Assembly: GCA_037443265.1 (NCBI GenBank)
Contig: JBBIOR010000013.1
Location: 12,192 to 47,376, forward strand
Source of the DNA: Candidatus Fraserbacteria bacterium
GTDB lineage: Bacteria; Bipolaricaulota; Bipolaricaulia; RBG-16-55-9
DNA: 35,185 nt
Direction: 5' to 3'
Both the position numbers and the translations under genes were made by a program. Numbering within the stretch: position 1 is the stretch's first letter; each line of letters opens with the position of its first letter. Shown piece by piece: positions 8,199 through 17,790 of the stretch. The notes under the pieces are model-generated. The model saw only the letters and a list, made by a program, of their open reading frames with translations, ran no database searches and was not told the origin of the DNA.

Positions 8199-8227
8199 TT
8201 GATCGGCTTCCCACAGCCGCTTATAAT
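8199..8227 (+). promoter_or_regulatory. internal promoter for ybaB-recR
   Basis: TTGATC-17 bp-TATAAT directly after the dnaX stop; GGAGGAGG SD before ATG 8257. Confidence 0.65.
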
Positions 8228-8256
8228 GGAGTTCAGCACCCCAGAGGAGGAGGATC

Positions 8257-8586
8257 ATGCAACTTCCCGGCAAGTTGGGCGACGTGATGCGACAGGTCAA
8301 AAGAGCCCAAGAGCTGCTCCAAAAGAAACAAGAAGAGCTGGCCAATCTTCGCCTTGAAGCCACCGCCGGAGGCGGGATGGTCAGAGTCATCGCCAACGGG
8401 CGCGATGAAATTTTAGACATTCAAATTGAGAAGGAAGTCGTCAACCCGGACGATGTTGAGATGCTGGAAGACTTAATTTTGGCCGCGATCAAAGAGGTGC
8501 AAACGAAAGCCAAGGAGGCAGCTCAGAAGGAGATGGGAAGCGTCATGGGCGACTTAGGGCTTCCCAACATCCCAGGGCTCTTTTAA
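8257..8586 (+). CDS. ybaB: YbaB/EbfC nucleoid-associated protein
   Basis: AGGGMVRVIANG and DDVEMLEDLILAA motifs; canonical position between dnaX and recR. Confidence 0.95.
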   Translation: MQLPGKLGDVMRQVKRAQELLQKKQEELANLRLEATAGGGMVRVIANGRDEILDIQIEKEVVNPDDVEMLEDLILAAIKEVQTKAKEAAQKEMGSVMGDLGLPNIPGLF

Positions 8587-8587
8587 T

Positions 8588-9187
8588 ATGGCTCAATACC
8601 CTGAAGCCCTAAGCAAGCTGATCCGTGAGCTCAAGAAGCTGCCTAGCATCGGGCAGAGGACCGCAGAGCGCCTAGCTTTTCATCTGCTCAATGAGCCTGA
8701 AGAGGAAGTCCAGCTCCTAAGCGAAGCCCTGTTAGAGCTTAAAGCCAAGATCCGCCCCTGCCAAGAGTGCTTCAATTTCTCCGAGGGAGAACTCTGCTTG
8801 ATCTGTCAGGACCCTCGACGCGATCGGTCCGTGATCTGCGTGGTGAGCCACCCGCAAGAACTGTGGAAGCTGGAGCGCACCAACGGCTATCATGGCCTCT
8901 ATCACGTGCTGGGAGGGCTCATCTCGCCCGTAGACGATGTCCATCCCGAGGACCTGCGCATTGAAGAACTGATGAGACGGCTTATGGGGGGCCAAGTCAA
9001 AGAAGTGATCTTAGCCCTCGATCCCAAAGTAGAAGGCGAGGCGACGGCCATGTATCTGGCCCGCAAGATCAAGCCGTTAGGGATTGCCACGACCCGCATA
9101 GCCCAGGGCGTGCCCATTGGGCGGGATCTGGAGTTTGCCGATGAGCTCACGCTCAGCCGGGCGCTGGCCGGGCGAGTCGCCATCTGA
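8588..9187 (+). CDS. recR: recombination mediator RecR
   Basis: HhH LPSIGQRTAERLAF, C4 zinc finger CQEC...CLIC, Toprim YHVLGGLISP and EGEATAMY. Confidence 0.97.
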   Translation: MAQYPEALSKLIRELKKLPSIGQRTAERLAFHLLNEPEEEVQLLSEALLELKAKIRPCQECFNFSEGELCLICQDPRRDRSVICVVSHPQELWKLERTNGYHGLYHVLGGLISPVDDVHPEDLRIEELMRRLMGGQVKEVILALDPKVEGEATAMYLARKIKPLGIATTRIAQGVPIGRDLEFADELTLSRALAGRVAI

Positions 9188-9198
9188 GGGATGAGCTC

Positions 9199-10221
9199 AT
9201 GAGAGCCGTTCGCCTTCATCAACACGGCGGACTCGATGTGCTGCGCTACGAGGAAGTCCCTGAGCCTGTGATCGGTCGGGGTGAGGTGCTCATTCGAGTA
9301 AGAGCTTGTGCGTTAAATTATCTGGACATCTGGGTGCGCCGCGGGATTCCCGGCGTGACGTTGCCTCATATTCCGGGCTGTGACGTGGCCGGTGTGATAG
9401 AAGAGCTGGGCGAAGGAGTTGAGGGATTTGCGCGAGGCGATCGGGTGGTGATCAACCCGGGGATCAGCTGCGGAGGGTGCGAATACTGCCAGCAGGGGGA
9501 AGATCCGCTCTGCTGGAAATATCAAATTATCGGCGAGCACATAGACGGAGGCTATGCGGAGTTCGTCAAGGCCCCGGCACGAAATCTCATGCGAATTCCC
9601 GAGGGTTTTTCGTTTGAAGAAGCGGCGGCTGCACCCCTCGTCTTTCAGACGGCGTGGCGGGCCCTCGTCAGCCGCGCCCAACTCCGTCCCGGCGAAGATG
9701 TTTTAATCTTGGGAGCCAGCGGGGGGGTGGGCAGTGCCTCGGTCCAGATTGCGAAGCTGGCCGGCGCGCGGGTCTTTGCCACAGCTAGCACAGACGAAAA
9801 ACTCCGCAAGTTGAAAGAGCTGGGTGCCGATGTAGTTATTAATTATGCCGAGAACGATTTCAGCCAAGAGGTCTGGCAGCTGACGAACAAGCGCGGCGTG
9901 GATGTGGTAATTGATAGTATCGGCGAAGCCACCTGGCAGAAGAGCCTAAGAAGTCTGGCCAGAGGCGGGCGTCTGGTGACGTTCGGGGCCACCACAGGGC
10001 CCACGCCCCCCACGGACATCCGCCTCGTCTTCTGGAGGCAGCTTAAGATCATCGGCACGACCATGGGCAATCGCAAGGAGTTTTCAGATGTAATGCGGCT
10101 CATCTGGCAGAAGAGGCTCAAGCCCATGGTCGATCGGGTCTTCCCGCTCAAAGAGGCAGCCCAGGCCCAGCGCCTGATGGAAGAGCGCGGACATTTTGGG
10201 AAACTCATCCTGGTGCCATAG
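9199..10221 (+). CDS. MDR-superfamily zinc-binding/quinone oxidoreductase-like dehydrogenase
   Basis: ALNYLD, PHIPGCDVAG, structural Zn CGGCEYC...C, nucleotide-binding GASGGVG, FGKLIL. Confidence 0.9.
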   Translation: MRAVRLHQHGGLDVLRYEEVPEPVIGRGEVLIRVRACALNYLDIWVRRGIPGVTLPHIPGCDVAGVIEELGEGVEGFARGDRVVINPGISCGGCEYCQQGEDPLCWKYQIIGEHIDGGYAEFVKAPARNLMRIPEGFSFEEAAAAPLVFQTAWRALVSRAQLRPGEDVLILGASGGVGSASVQIAKLAGARVFATASTDEKLRKLKELGADVVINYAENDFSQEVWQLTNKRGVDVVIDSIGEATWQKSLRSLARGGRLVTFGATTGPTPPTDIRLVFWRQLKIIGTTMGNRKEFSDVMRLIWQKRLKPMVDRVFPLKEAAQAQRLMEERGHFGKLILVP

Positions 10222-10224
10222 CCT

Positions 10225-10890
10225 TCAGACGTTCAGCTTATACCCAAAGCCCCGCACGGTCACGATCAGCTGAGGGTTTTCTGGGTTCTTCTCGATCTTG
10301 TTGCGCAAAAGATAGATGTATTTTTTGACGTCTTCTGCGCCGGCATAGGAACTGTCCGCCCAGATGTGCTTTAAAATCTCCTCTTGGGAGAAGACTCTGC
10401 CCGGCTTGGAGGCTAAGAAGAGCAAGAGCTCGTACTCTTTGGGAGAGAGTTCAATGGGGTGCCCCTCGAGCGTGACTTCCTTCTTCTCATCGTCAATGAC
10501 AAGAGAGCCGAGCTCGATGCGCGGCGTAGGCGATTTGTAGCGGCGCATCACCGCCTCGATCCGGGCCTCCACTTCTCTTAGATCGAAGGGTTTTGTAATA
10601 TAATCATCCACTCCGGACGAGAGGCCACGGACTTTATCCTCCGTGGAATCGCGCACCGTGACCATGATCACCGGGGTATCGCTCGCCTTGCGAATCTCTT
10701 CTAAGACCATCCAGCCGTCGAGTTTGGGCATCATCACGTCGAGTAGAACAAGATCGGGCTTCTCTGCTTTAAATTTTTCGAGAGCCTCTTGACCACTGCC
10801 CGCGGCGATGACCTCGTGATTCTTCGCCTCCAGGAATCTCTTGAGCAAGGCCAGAGATGTGGGATCGTCCTCAGCCATCAGGATTTTCAC
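10225..10890 (-). CDS. OmpR/PhoB-family response regulator
   Basis: Probable GTG start at 10890 (MKILMAEDD); DLVLLDVMMP, DDYITKPF; winged helix LSPKEYELL...IVTVRGFGYK. Confidence 0.93.
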   Translation of the reverse strand: MKILMAEDDPTSLALLKRFLEAKNHEVIAAGSGQEALEKFKAEKPDLVLLDVMMPKLDGWMVLEEIRKASDTPVIMVTVRDSTEDKVRGLSSGVDDYITKPFDLREVEARIEAVMRRYKSPTPRIELGSLVIDDEKKEVTLEGHPIELSPKEYELLLFLASKPGRVFSQEEILKHIWADSSYAGAEDVKKYIYLLRNKIEKNPENPQLIVTVRGFGYKLNV

Positions 10891-12385
10891 GCCGCTCACC
10901 ACCTTGAGGGATTCTCTCGGGGATGGTGAAATAGAAGGTGCTTCCCTGGCCGAGTTGGCTCTCCACCCAGATGCGCCCACCGTGCAGCTCCACGTACTTC
11001 TTGACGATCGAGAGCCCCAGCCCCAGGCCGCCCCACTCTCTTGTGGAAGACGAGTCCAGCTGGGTGAAGGGCTCGAAGATCTTCTCGCATTGATCTTGGG
11101 GAATGCCGATCCCCGTGTCTTTGACAGCAAAGACGATCTCTCCGTTGCGCCTTTCCACCGTCACTTCGACGGAGCCGTGAGGCGTATATTTCAAGGCATT
11201 GCTCAAGAGATTGATCAACACTTGCTTGAGCTTGGTCTCGTCGGCCTCGATCCTGAGCCCATTGGCATGCGTGCGGATCTCGATCCCCTTCTCTCGGGCC
11301 AGGACTTTCACGTTTTGCAGGGCTTCCTCCAAGAGATGCTTCACCTCGACTTCGCTCTTGTGCAGAGTCTCTCCGCCGGCTTCCAGCTTGCTGAATTGCA
11401 GGACGTTGTCGATCAAGGCCCTCAGATGGTCGCTGGATTTGAGAACGTTCTTGAGGTCTTGCCTCTGGGCCAGGGTGAGGGGACCATCGATCTCTTCCAG
11501 GAGCAGTTGGGCATAGCCGCGAATGGCGTGCAAGGGGGTCTTGAGCTCATGGCCCATGACGGCGAGGAACTCGCTCTTGACTTGATTGGCTTTGCGTAGG
11601 GCAAAATTTATGCGCTCCAGCTGCTCGTCCCGTTCCTGGATGGAGTCGGCCATGCGATTGAATTCTTCGGCCAGCGCTTGCAGCTCATCGCCGCTCTTCA
11701 CATGGGCGCGGGCCTGGCGGTCTCTCTTAAAGCGCTTCACGGATTGGGTAAGTATCTCGATGGGGCCTAAGATACCCTGGTAGAGCCAGAATGCGATGAG
11801 GAGGCCCACGGCGATAAACAGAGCCGTCAAGCCGGAAATCACGAAAAATTCCCGACGCACTTGCTCCCTAACGGCAGCCAAGGAGAGTCCCAGCCGGACG
11901 TAATTGGGCAGCAGGCGGCGCTCGCCGGTGTTGATGTCGAGCAATTCCGTCTCGCGCACCGGTTTGACCAGATCGAGATAGGGTATCCGATCAGAAGTTA
12001 CAGCGTGCTGTAGGGATGGGGTCACCGGAGGTGCTAAGGTCTCATCTAAGCCCAGTTTCTTGGTGAATTCTTCCCCTTTCAAGATGGCACCTGAACCGTT
12101 CTTGACCACCTGAACGTAGAGCACGTCCCCACCCGCGGTATCTAGAATAGTCCTCTGATTGATGGCTTGCAGGACTTGTGCAAAGATGTTTTCACTGCCT
12201 GGTCCCCAGAACTTCGTGATCAGATCATTGGCTATGTAATCCGCTCGATTCCTAAGTTGGGACTCCAACTCTGAGTTAAGCCGCAGGATGGCGATGAAGC
12301 CAAAAGAGAGCGATAACAAGACCGTGAAGGCTGCCAGCGTCGCGATGAATTTGTATTTTAAACTCCACTTCGGCAGCTGGATCAT
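10871..12385 (-). CDS. membrane sensor histidine kinase (HAMP-HisKA-HATPase_c)
   Basis: Two TM helices flanking an extracytoplasmic domain; HAMP (DELQALAEEFNRMA); H-box MGHELKTPL; N, G1, F and G2 boxes. Confidence 0.94.
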   Translation of the reverse strand: MIQLPKWSLKYKFIATLAAFTVLLSLSFGFIAILRLNSELESQLRNRADYIANDLITKFWGPGSENIFAQVLQAINQRTILDTAGGDVLYVQVVKNGSGAILKGEEFTKKLGLDETLAPPVTPSLQHAVTSDRIPYLDLVKPVRETELLDINTGERRLLPNYVRLGLSLAAVREQVRREFFVISGLTALFIAVGLLIAFWLYQGILGPIEILTQSVKRFKRDRQARAHVKSGDELQALAEEFNRMADSIQERDEQLERINFALRKANQVKSEFLAVMGHELKTPLHAIRGYAQLLLEEIDGPLTLAQRQDLKNVLKSSDHLRALIDNVLQFSKLEAGGETLHKSEVEVKHLLEEALQNVKVLAREKGIEIRTHANGLRIEADETKLKQVLINLLSNALKYTPHGSVEVTVERRNGEIVFAVKDTGIGIPQDQCEKIFEPFTQLDSSSTREWGGLGLGLSIVKKYVELHGGRIWVESQLGQGSTFYFTIPERIPQGGERRENPDG

Positions 12386-12426
12386 CGGGCTCCTGATCCT
12401 TCCCAGACCCTTCCGACTCCTCCCAA

Positions 12427-12455
12427 AGTGTAGAGCGGGAACCCTGGAAAGTCAA
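12427..12455 (-). promoter_or_regulatory. promoter of the two-component operon
   Basis: TTGACT-17 bp-TACACT. Confidence 0.65.
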
Positions 12456-12490
12456 TCGCCACCCGCCAGGTAACGCAGTGACGCACAATC

Positions 12491-12520
12491 TTGACATGCT
12501 GTCCCGAAAAGTGGTACACT
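12491..12520 (+). promoter_or_regulatory. promoter of the secreted protein gene
   Basis: TTGACA-18 bp-TACACT with extended TGn. Confidence 0.7.
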
Positions 12521-12555
12521 CGCGCCATAGGGCGGGTGAGCTAAGATAAGATAGG

Positions 12556-13638
12556 ATGAAGAGTCAAAAGACGGCGTGGGCGAGGCAAAGGCTTCTCATC
12601 TTAGTGACCGGCTGTGCATTAATAATTGTGACGTTGCTGATGAGCGCTCAGGCCTCCCCTTCCCCAACGACGCTCTCTCTACGCTGTGCCAACCCTCAGA
12701 TCTCTTTGGGTGCCCTTTATGGAGTCCCTTCATTCTCCACCAGCCCCTGGGGCTTGAGGGAGGGCTCATACGAGGCAGAGCCGGCAGCCAGGCTCCAGTG
12801 TCTGGCCCAAGAGCCAACCGAGGGTGAGATCTTCAAGATCTCCCATAAGATCTCTGAGCTCCTCCGCTACACAGAAGCATCTGAGAGCAGAAGCACCGCT
12901 CAAGGCCAGGAGTATGTGCTTAAGCTGAGTGAGGGAGTCGAACTCTTGGCTTCCCAGATCAGTCTGAAGAAAGCACTCGTGAGAACGCTTCTGGACGCTC
13001 AGGGTCAACCCTATCCCCCTGCGCTCCTTGAGGCGCTAAACTCTCACGAACGGCTGGTCTTGCGCATAGGAGATATAGCTTCCTTGGCTGCCAGAGTGGA
13101 TTTCATGACCAATCTCATGCAATATCTCGTCCACAATCTCATGAACTCGGACGTCCCGTTGCCCACGACCCAAGATGACATCACCCTGGTCTTCAATCTG
13201 AACGGCGGACTGGCCGCTGTGGATATTGCCACCGTCTTGCAAGGGGCTCCCATCGCCGGCATGGACCCCCTAACAGCCAGCCAGCTGGACATTCGCCAAA
13301 TCACCGTGAAGATCAGCAACGGCACCATCACCAGTGAGGCAGATCTCAATCCCGCCGATTTCAGCCTCACTCGCGGCCAGTTGGAGGTCCAGTTCCGGCT
13401 TGGGCCCAACTCCATCACCAGCACGGCGATCTTCAGCAAGGGCGAAGATGGTGCCAAAGAGGCTTTGATTATCACCGCGCAAGTGGGAGCGCTCAACCTC
13501 ACAGGAGAGGCCACCTTTAGCTCAGGAGCGCCGCAGTTTAAGCTGGCGGCCTCGCTCTATGGCCTGCTCTCCGTCTCCGCGCTCTTTACGCCCGAAGGCT
13601 TCACCCAGCCTACCTTCCAAGTCGAGCTGAAGTTCTAA
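12556..13638 (+). CDS. hypothetical secreted protein, beta-strand-rich C-terminal half ending in Phe
   Basis: Signal peptide (basic N-region, hydrophobic core, AQA site); own promoter; alternating-pattern strands; ends TFQVELKF. Confidence 0.7.
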   Translation: MKSQKTAWARQRLLILVTGCALIIVTLLMSAQASPSPTTLSLRCANPQISLGALYGVPSFSTSPWGLREGSYEAEPAARLQCLAQEPTEGEIFKISHKISELLRYTEASESRSTAQGQEYVLKLSEGVELLASQISLKKALVRTLLDAQGQPYPPALLEALNSHERLVLRIGDIASLAARVDFMTNLMQYLVHNLMNSDVPLPTTQDDITLVFNLNGGLAAVDIATVLQGAPIAGMDPLTASQLDIRQITVKISNGTITSEADLNPADFSLTRGQLEVQFRLGPNSITSTAIFSKGEDGAKEALIITAQVGALNLTGEATFSSGAPQFKLAASLYGLLSVSALFTPEGFTQPTFQVELKF

Positions 13639-13687
13639 GTTTTGACTTGCCCTTGCAGGTGCTGTAATCTCTTGGCGAGAGTTTGGC

Positions 13688-14899
13688 ATGTCTTTTGCGC
13701 ACAAGACCATCATCGCCGGGATCTGCGGCGGAGTGGCCGCGTACAAAGCCACAGGGGTTGTCAGTCAGCTTCAGCAAGCCGGGGCCCAGGTGCACGTGGT
13801 CATGACCCACGCGGCCTGCCAGTTCGTCACCCCTCTTACGTTTGAGGCCCTCTCACACCATCGTGTTCTGGTTGATCTCTTCCAAGATGAGCCACTGGCC
13901 CACGTGGAGCTGGCCCACCGGGCGGATCTGGTGGTCGTGATGCCGGCCACCTACAATCTCATCGCGAAAGTGGCTCACGGGATCGCGGATGATTATCTGA
14001 CGGCCACCCTGGCGGCCACGCGCGCGCCCGTTCTGTTTGTGCCCGCCATGGAGTCTCACATGTACGAGAACCCGATCTTTCAAGAGAACAAGCGCAGACT
14101 GGAAGCGCTGGGCTATCGCTTCCTCGAGCCCGAAGTGGGGCATCTGGCCAGCGGGAGATGGGGCATCGGCCGCTTCCCCTCGGAAGAGAAGATCCTCCAC
14201 AGGATCGAAGAGATCTTGACGGAGAGCTCGCTGCTCGCCGACTGGAAGGTGCTGGTGACGGCCGGTCCCACCCGCGAGCGGATCGATCCCATGCGCTTAA
14301 TTACCAATCGCTCCTCGGGCAAGATGGGCTATGCGCTCGCAGAAGCCGCGCGCGCGCTGGGTGCGAAGGTTTTATTAATCAGCGGGCCGACACAGATTCC
14401 GCCGCCGGCTCAAGTTGAGCTCATCCGGGTAGAAAGCGCCCAGGAGATGCGCGATGCCGTCTTAAAGCATGTGGCTTCTTATGACATGGTGCTGATGGCC
14501 GCAGCCGTGGCCGACTGGCGCCCCAAACAGCCATCGAAACAGAAAGAGAGTAAGCTCGCTCAAAAAGAGCTCACTCTCGCCCTGGAGAGGACCCCCGATA
14601 TTCTTCAGGAGCTGGGTGTACGCCTGAGGGGCCGGCGCAAGAGGCCCTGGATCGTGGGCTTTGCCGCCGAAACCGAAGATCACATAAAAAGAGCGCGGGC
14701 AAAACTGCGCCAGAAGCAGCTCGACGTGATCGTGGCCAATGATGTCTCTCAAGAGGGAATCGGCCCGGAGAGCGATATAAACCGTGTGGTGCTGATCTTA
14801 AAAGACGGCCGGAGCGAAGAGCTGCCCCCAATGGCCAAACGGCAGCTGGCCCGAGAGATCTTAAAACGCTTGGCCGAGTGGAAGCGTGCCGTCAAGTGA
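13688..14899 (+). CDS. coaBC: bifunctional phosphopantothenoylcysteine decarboxylase/ligase
   Basis: GGVAAYK, HVELA, PAMESHM, VTAGPTRERIDPMRLITNRSSGKMG, AAAVAD, VGFAAET, ANDV. Upstream promoter-like TTGACT-17-TAATCT at 13642-13670. Confidence 0.96.
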   Translation: MSFAHKTIIAGICGGVAAYKATGVVSQLQQAGAQVHVVMTHAACQFVTPLTFEALSHHRVLVDLFQDEPLAHVELAHRADLVVVMPATYNLIAKVAHGIADDYLTATLAATRAPVLFVPAMESHMYENPIFQENKRRLEALGYRFLEPEVGHLASGRWGIGRFPSEEKILHRIEEILTESSLLADWKVLVTAGPTRERIDPMRLITNRSSGKMGYALAEAARALGAKVLLISGPTQIPPPAQVELIRVESAQEMRDAVLKHVASYDMVLMAAAVADWRPKQPSKQKESKLAQKELTLALERTPDILQELGVRLRGRRKRPWIVGFAAETEDHIKRARAKLRQKQLDVIVANDVSQEGIGPESDINRVVLILKDGRSEELPPMAKRQLAREILKRLAEWKRAVK

Positions 14900-15812
14900 G
14901 GAGCGCCTCGACGAACTCGCGAGCCTTAAATTCTCTCAAATCTTCAGCCGTCTCCCCCACCCCGATGAACTTTACGGGAATCTTCAATTCCTTCGCAATG
15001 GGGACGAGAATCCCTCCCTTGGCCGTGCCGTCGAGTTTCGTGATGATCAAGCCCGTAAGGGGCACCGCCTGGTGAAAGAGCCGGGCCTGAGAGAGAGCAT
15101 TCTGCCCGATGGTGGCATCGAGCACCAGTAGCCTCTCGTCGATCTCACGCTCCAAGCGCCTTTCGACGACTCTGCTAATTTTTTTGAGCTCCTCCATCAA
15201 GTTGTGCTTGGTCTGCAAGCGTCCGGCCGTGTCGATGAGCAACACATCTTGGTGATTTTTTATGGCATAATCGGCCGCATCGAAGGCCACGGCTCCCGGA
15301 TCGGCTCCCGCTCGGTGCTTGATCACTCTGGCGCCCACCTGCTGTGCCCAGACTTCCAATTGCTCAATGGCCGCCGCCCGGAAGGTGTCCGCCGCAGCCA
15401 TCACGATCTTCGCCCGCCCTTGCTGGTGCAGACGCTGCGCCAGCTTCGCAATGCTGGTCGTCTTGCCCGAGCCGTTCACTCCCAGCACGAGGATGACCGT
15501 CGGCTGGCCATCCGAGCGCAGATTCAAAGAACCCTCCGAAGAAGCCAGACACTCATAGAGAGCGTCTTTTAAGCCAGCGAAGATCCTCTCTGTATCGGAA
15601 GAAGCGCCGTCTTCGCGCATTCGCCTCTTGAGGCCTTCGAGCATCTCCTGCGCGGCTTCTAGGCCCAAATCGGCCCCGATCAATATGGCTTCCAACTCTT
15701 CAAATAGTTCCTCGTCGATGCGCCTTCTGCTGCTGAGAACGGAAGTGATCTGATCGACCAGCCGGTCATGAGTCTTCTTGAGGCCGCTCTTTAAGCGATC
15801 CAGCCAGCCCAT
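14892..15812 (-). CDS. ftsY: SRP receptor FtsY (NG domain only)
   Basis: GVNGSGKTTSIAKLA, DTFRAAA, DTAGR, TKLDGTAKGG, GVGE; the ATG overlaps the argS stop (TGATG). Confidence 0.97.
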   Translation of the reverse strand: MGWLDRLKSGLKKTHDRLVDQITSVLSSRRRIDEELFEELEAILIGADLGLEAAQEMLEGLKRRMREDGASSDTERIFAGLKDALYECLASSEGSLNLRSDGQPTVILVLGVNGSGKTTSIAKLAQRLHQQGRAKIVMAAADTFRAAAIEQLEVWAQQVGARVIKHRAGADPGAVAFDAADYAIKNHQDVLLIDTAGRLQTKHNLMEELKKISRVVERRLEREIDERLLVLDATIGQNALSQARLFHQAVPLTGLIITKLDGTAKGGILVPIAKELKIPVKFIGVGETAEDLREFKAREFVEALLT

Positions 15813-17515
15813 CACATCCGCTCCGGGGCCTTCATCCCCAGAAGCTCCAATCCCTTCTTGAGCACGGTCTTTGCGCTGTAGACGAGCGCAATGCGGGCTT
15901 CTGCTAAGGCGGGCTCTTCTCCCAGCACTCGGCAGCTGTCATAGAATTGATTCGTCAAGGCCGCCAGATCTCCCAGATATTCCGCGATGACGAAAGGCTC
16001 ATATTCCACCGCGGCCTGCTTGACTTTCGCGGGAAAGAGCTCCAAGCGCTTGGCCAGCGCGATCTCCACGGGATGAGTGAGTCTTGAGTAATCCGGCTCC
16101 TTCGGCAAATCTCTCCCGTACTTGCGCAGCACTCCTGCCAGGCGCGCGTGCGTGTATTGAATATAGGGGCCGCTCCTGCCCTCGAAGTTGAGCACTTCTG
16201 CCCAACGGAAATGGATATCATGCAGGCGCGAGCGACTAAGATCGGCATAAATAATGGCGCTTACGCCCACATCGCGCGCCACTCGTTCTTTCTCTTCTTC
16301 TGTCAGCTCTGAGCCCTTCTTGATCGAATCAATAATCGAGCGAGTCAGCTCCATAGATCGCTTAAGAACTTCTTCTAGGAAGACGACATGGCCCCGGCGC
16401 GTGGACATGCGCTGATCCTCAAAGAGCAACACGCCAAACGGCACATGGACGCAATCCTTGGCCCACGAATAGCCCATCTTCTCCAAGGCCGCAAAGAGCT
16501 GCTTAAAGTGCAGTGATTGTCCGGCATCGACGACATAGAGCTTCTTCGCAAAGCGATACTTCTCATAATGATAGATGGCCGCACACAGATCCCGGGTCGC
16601 ATAGACCGTCGTCCCGTCTCTGGTCTGGATGATCAGCGGCGGGAGCTCCTCATCCAGAGGGATGACGATCGCCCCATGGCTCTCTTGGGCAATCCCGCGC
16701 CGGAGCAGATCTTCAATGAACGGAGCCGTCTGATGGCGATAGGCGCTTTCACCACGGATCTCTTCAAATTTTACGCCTAAAATCTCATAGTAGTGCTGAA
16801 ACGCTCTAAGACTTTCATCGACGAACCACTGCCAGAGCTTAAGCGCCTCAGAATCGCCCTCCTCTAGACGCTTGAGCCAGGCCTTCGCTTCCTCGCGCAG
16901 CGCTGGCTCACCCTCGCTCTGCTCATGGAAGCGCACATACAGCCGAAAGAGCTCATAGATCGAGTCTTTTACGATCTTCTCTTTTGAGCCCCAGCGCTTA
17001 TAAGCAGCCAGGAGCATCCCAAACTGCACGCCCCAGTCGCCCAAATGATTGACGCCTATGACGTGATAACCCAGATGCTCATAGATCTTTTTAAGAGAGT
17101 TTCCAAGCGCCGTGGAGCGCAGATGGGCGATGCTAAAGGGGCGGGCGATGTTGGGCGAGGAATAATCGATCACGATGGTCTTGCCCGAGCCCTCGCCGCT
17201 GCCCCCGTAGGCCTGGCCCTGCCGGAGGATCTCCCCAAGGATATAGCGCATCAGCTGCGTGCGATCGACGGTGATGTTCACATAAGGCCCAACCGGCTTG
17301 GCCTGCAGGATGTAACGACCGCGCAGCATGCGGGCCAGCTCTTGGGCAATCTCCGCCGGAGGGCGCTTCAACTTCTGGGCCAGAACGAAGCAGGGGAGGG
17401 CATAATCGCCGAGCTCCTCGGAGGGAGGAGAGGTAATCAAAGACTGGATCTGCTCTTTGGGCAGGCCGAGCGCCTGGCCCGCCTGCTCGGCGATCTGGCG
17501 GAGGGCGGGATTCAT
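15812..17515 (-). CDS. argS: arginine--tRNA ligase
   Basis: IDYSSPNIARPFSIAHLRST (HIGH-like), NHLGDWGVQFG, MSTRRG, GPYIQYTHAR, MKAPERM C-terminus; the ATG overlaps the spoVS stop (ATGA). Confidence 0.97.
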   Translation of the reverse strand: MNPALRQIAEQAGQALGLPKEQIQSLITSPPSEELGDYALPCFVLAQKLKRPPAEIAQELARMLRGRYILQAKPVGPYVNITVDRTQLMRYILGEILRQGQAYGGSGEGSGKTIVIDYSSPNIARPFSIAHLRSTALGNSLKKIYEHLGYHVIGVNHLGDWGVQFGMLLAAYKRWGSKEKIVKDSIYELFRLYVRFHEQSEGEPALREEAKAWLKRLEEGDSEALKLWQWFVDESLRAFQHYYEILGVKFEEIRGESAYRHQTAPFIEDLLRRGIAQESHGAIVIPLDEELPPLIIQTRDGTTVYATRDLCAAIYHYEKYRFAKKLYVVDAGQSLHFKQLFAALEKMGYSWAKDCVHVPFGVLLFEDQRMSTRRGHVVFLEEVLKRSMELTRSIIDSIKKGSELTEEEKERVARDVGVSAIIYADLSRSRLHDIHFRWAEVLNFEGRSGPYIQYTHARLAGVLRKYGRDLPKEPDYSRLTHPVEIALAKRLELFPAKVKQAAVEYEPFVIAEYLGDLAALTNQFYDSCRVLGEEPALAEARIALVYSAKTVLKKGLELLGMKAPERM

Positions 17516-17775
17516 GGGCGGCACTCGATGAGCAGTCGGACGGCCGTCCGAGGAACGCCGTCTACTTCAATGTCGATGAACCCTGGCGTCATGACCAGAA
17601 CGCGGCCCTGCCGCTCCAGGATGCGCCGCGCAATCGCCACGGCCTTCACGGCTTGATTGACCGCACCGGCCCCGATGGCGTGTGCCTCCACCATCGGAGC
17701 CTTCCTCAGCGCTCCTACGATCGCTTTGGCCACGGCATTGGCGTCGGATTTGGCCCCTACTTTGAGGATCTCCAT
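17512..17775 (-). CDS. spoVS: SpoVS family (Alba-like fold) protein
   Basis: MEILKV..KS...AVAKAI and AIGAGAVNQAVKAVAIAR...PGF signature; 87 aa. Confidence 0.93.
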   Translation of the reverse strand: MEILKVGAKSDANAVAKAIVGALRKAPMVEAHAIGAGAVNQAVKAVAIARRILERQGRVLVMTPGFIDIEVDGVPRTAVRLLIECRP

Positions 17776-17790
17776 ACTCCCCCCTTCGGG

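Noticed and set aside
9300..9520. Missing catalytic-zinc ligands in the MDR enzyme (ALNYLD, GCD instead of GHE)
   Set aside because: This is a common feature of quinone-reductase-like MDR subfamilies, not a novelty.
10841..11599. 252-aa plus-strand ORF, and similar long antisense ORFs at 20989-21897 and 29387-30094
   Set aside because: They lie opposite well-supported genes, carry no family motifs, and are expected in GC-rich coding DNA.
17512..17775. spoVS as evidence of sporulation
   Set aside because: SpoVS homologues are widespread in non-sporulating bacteria, and no other sporulation genes are present.
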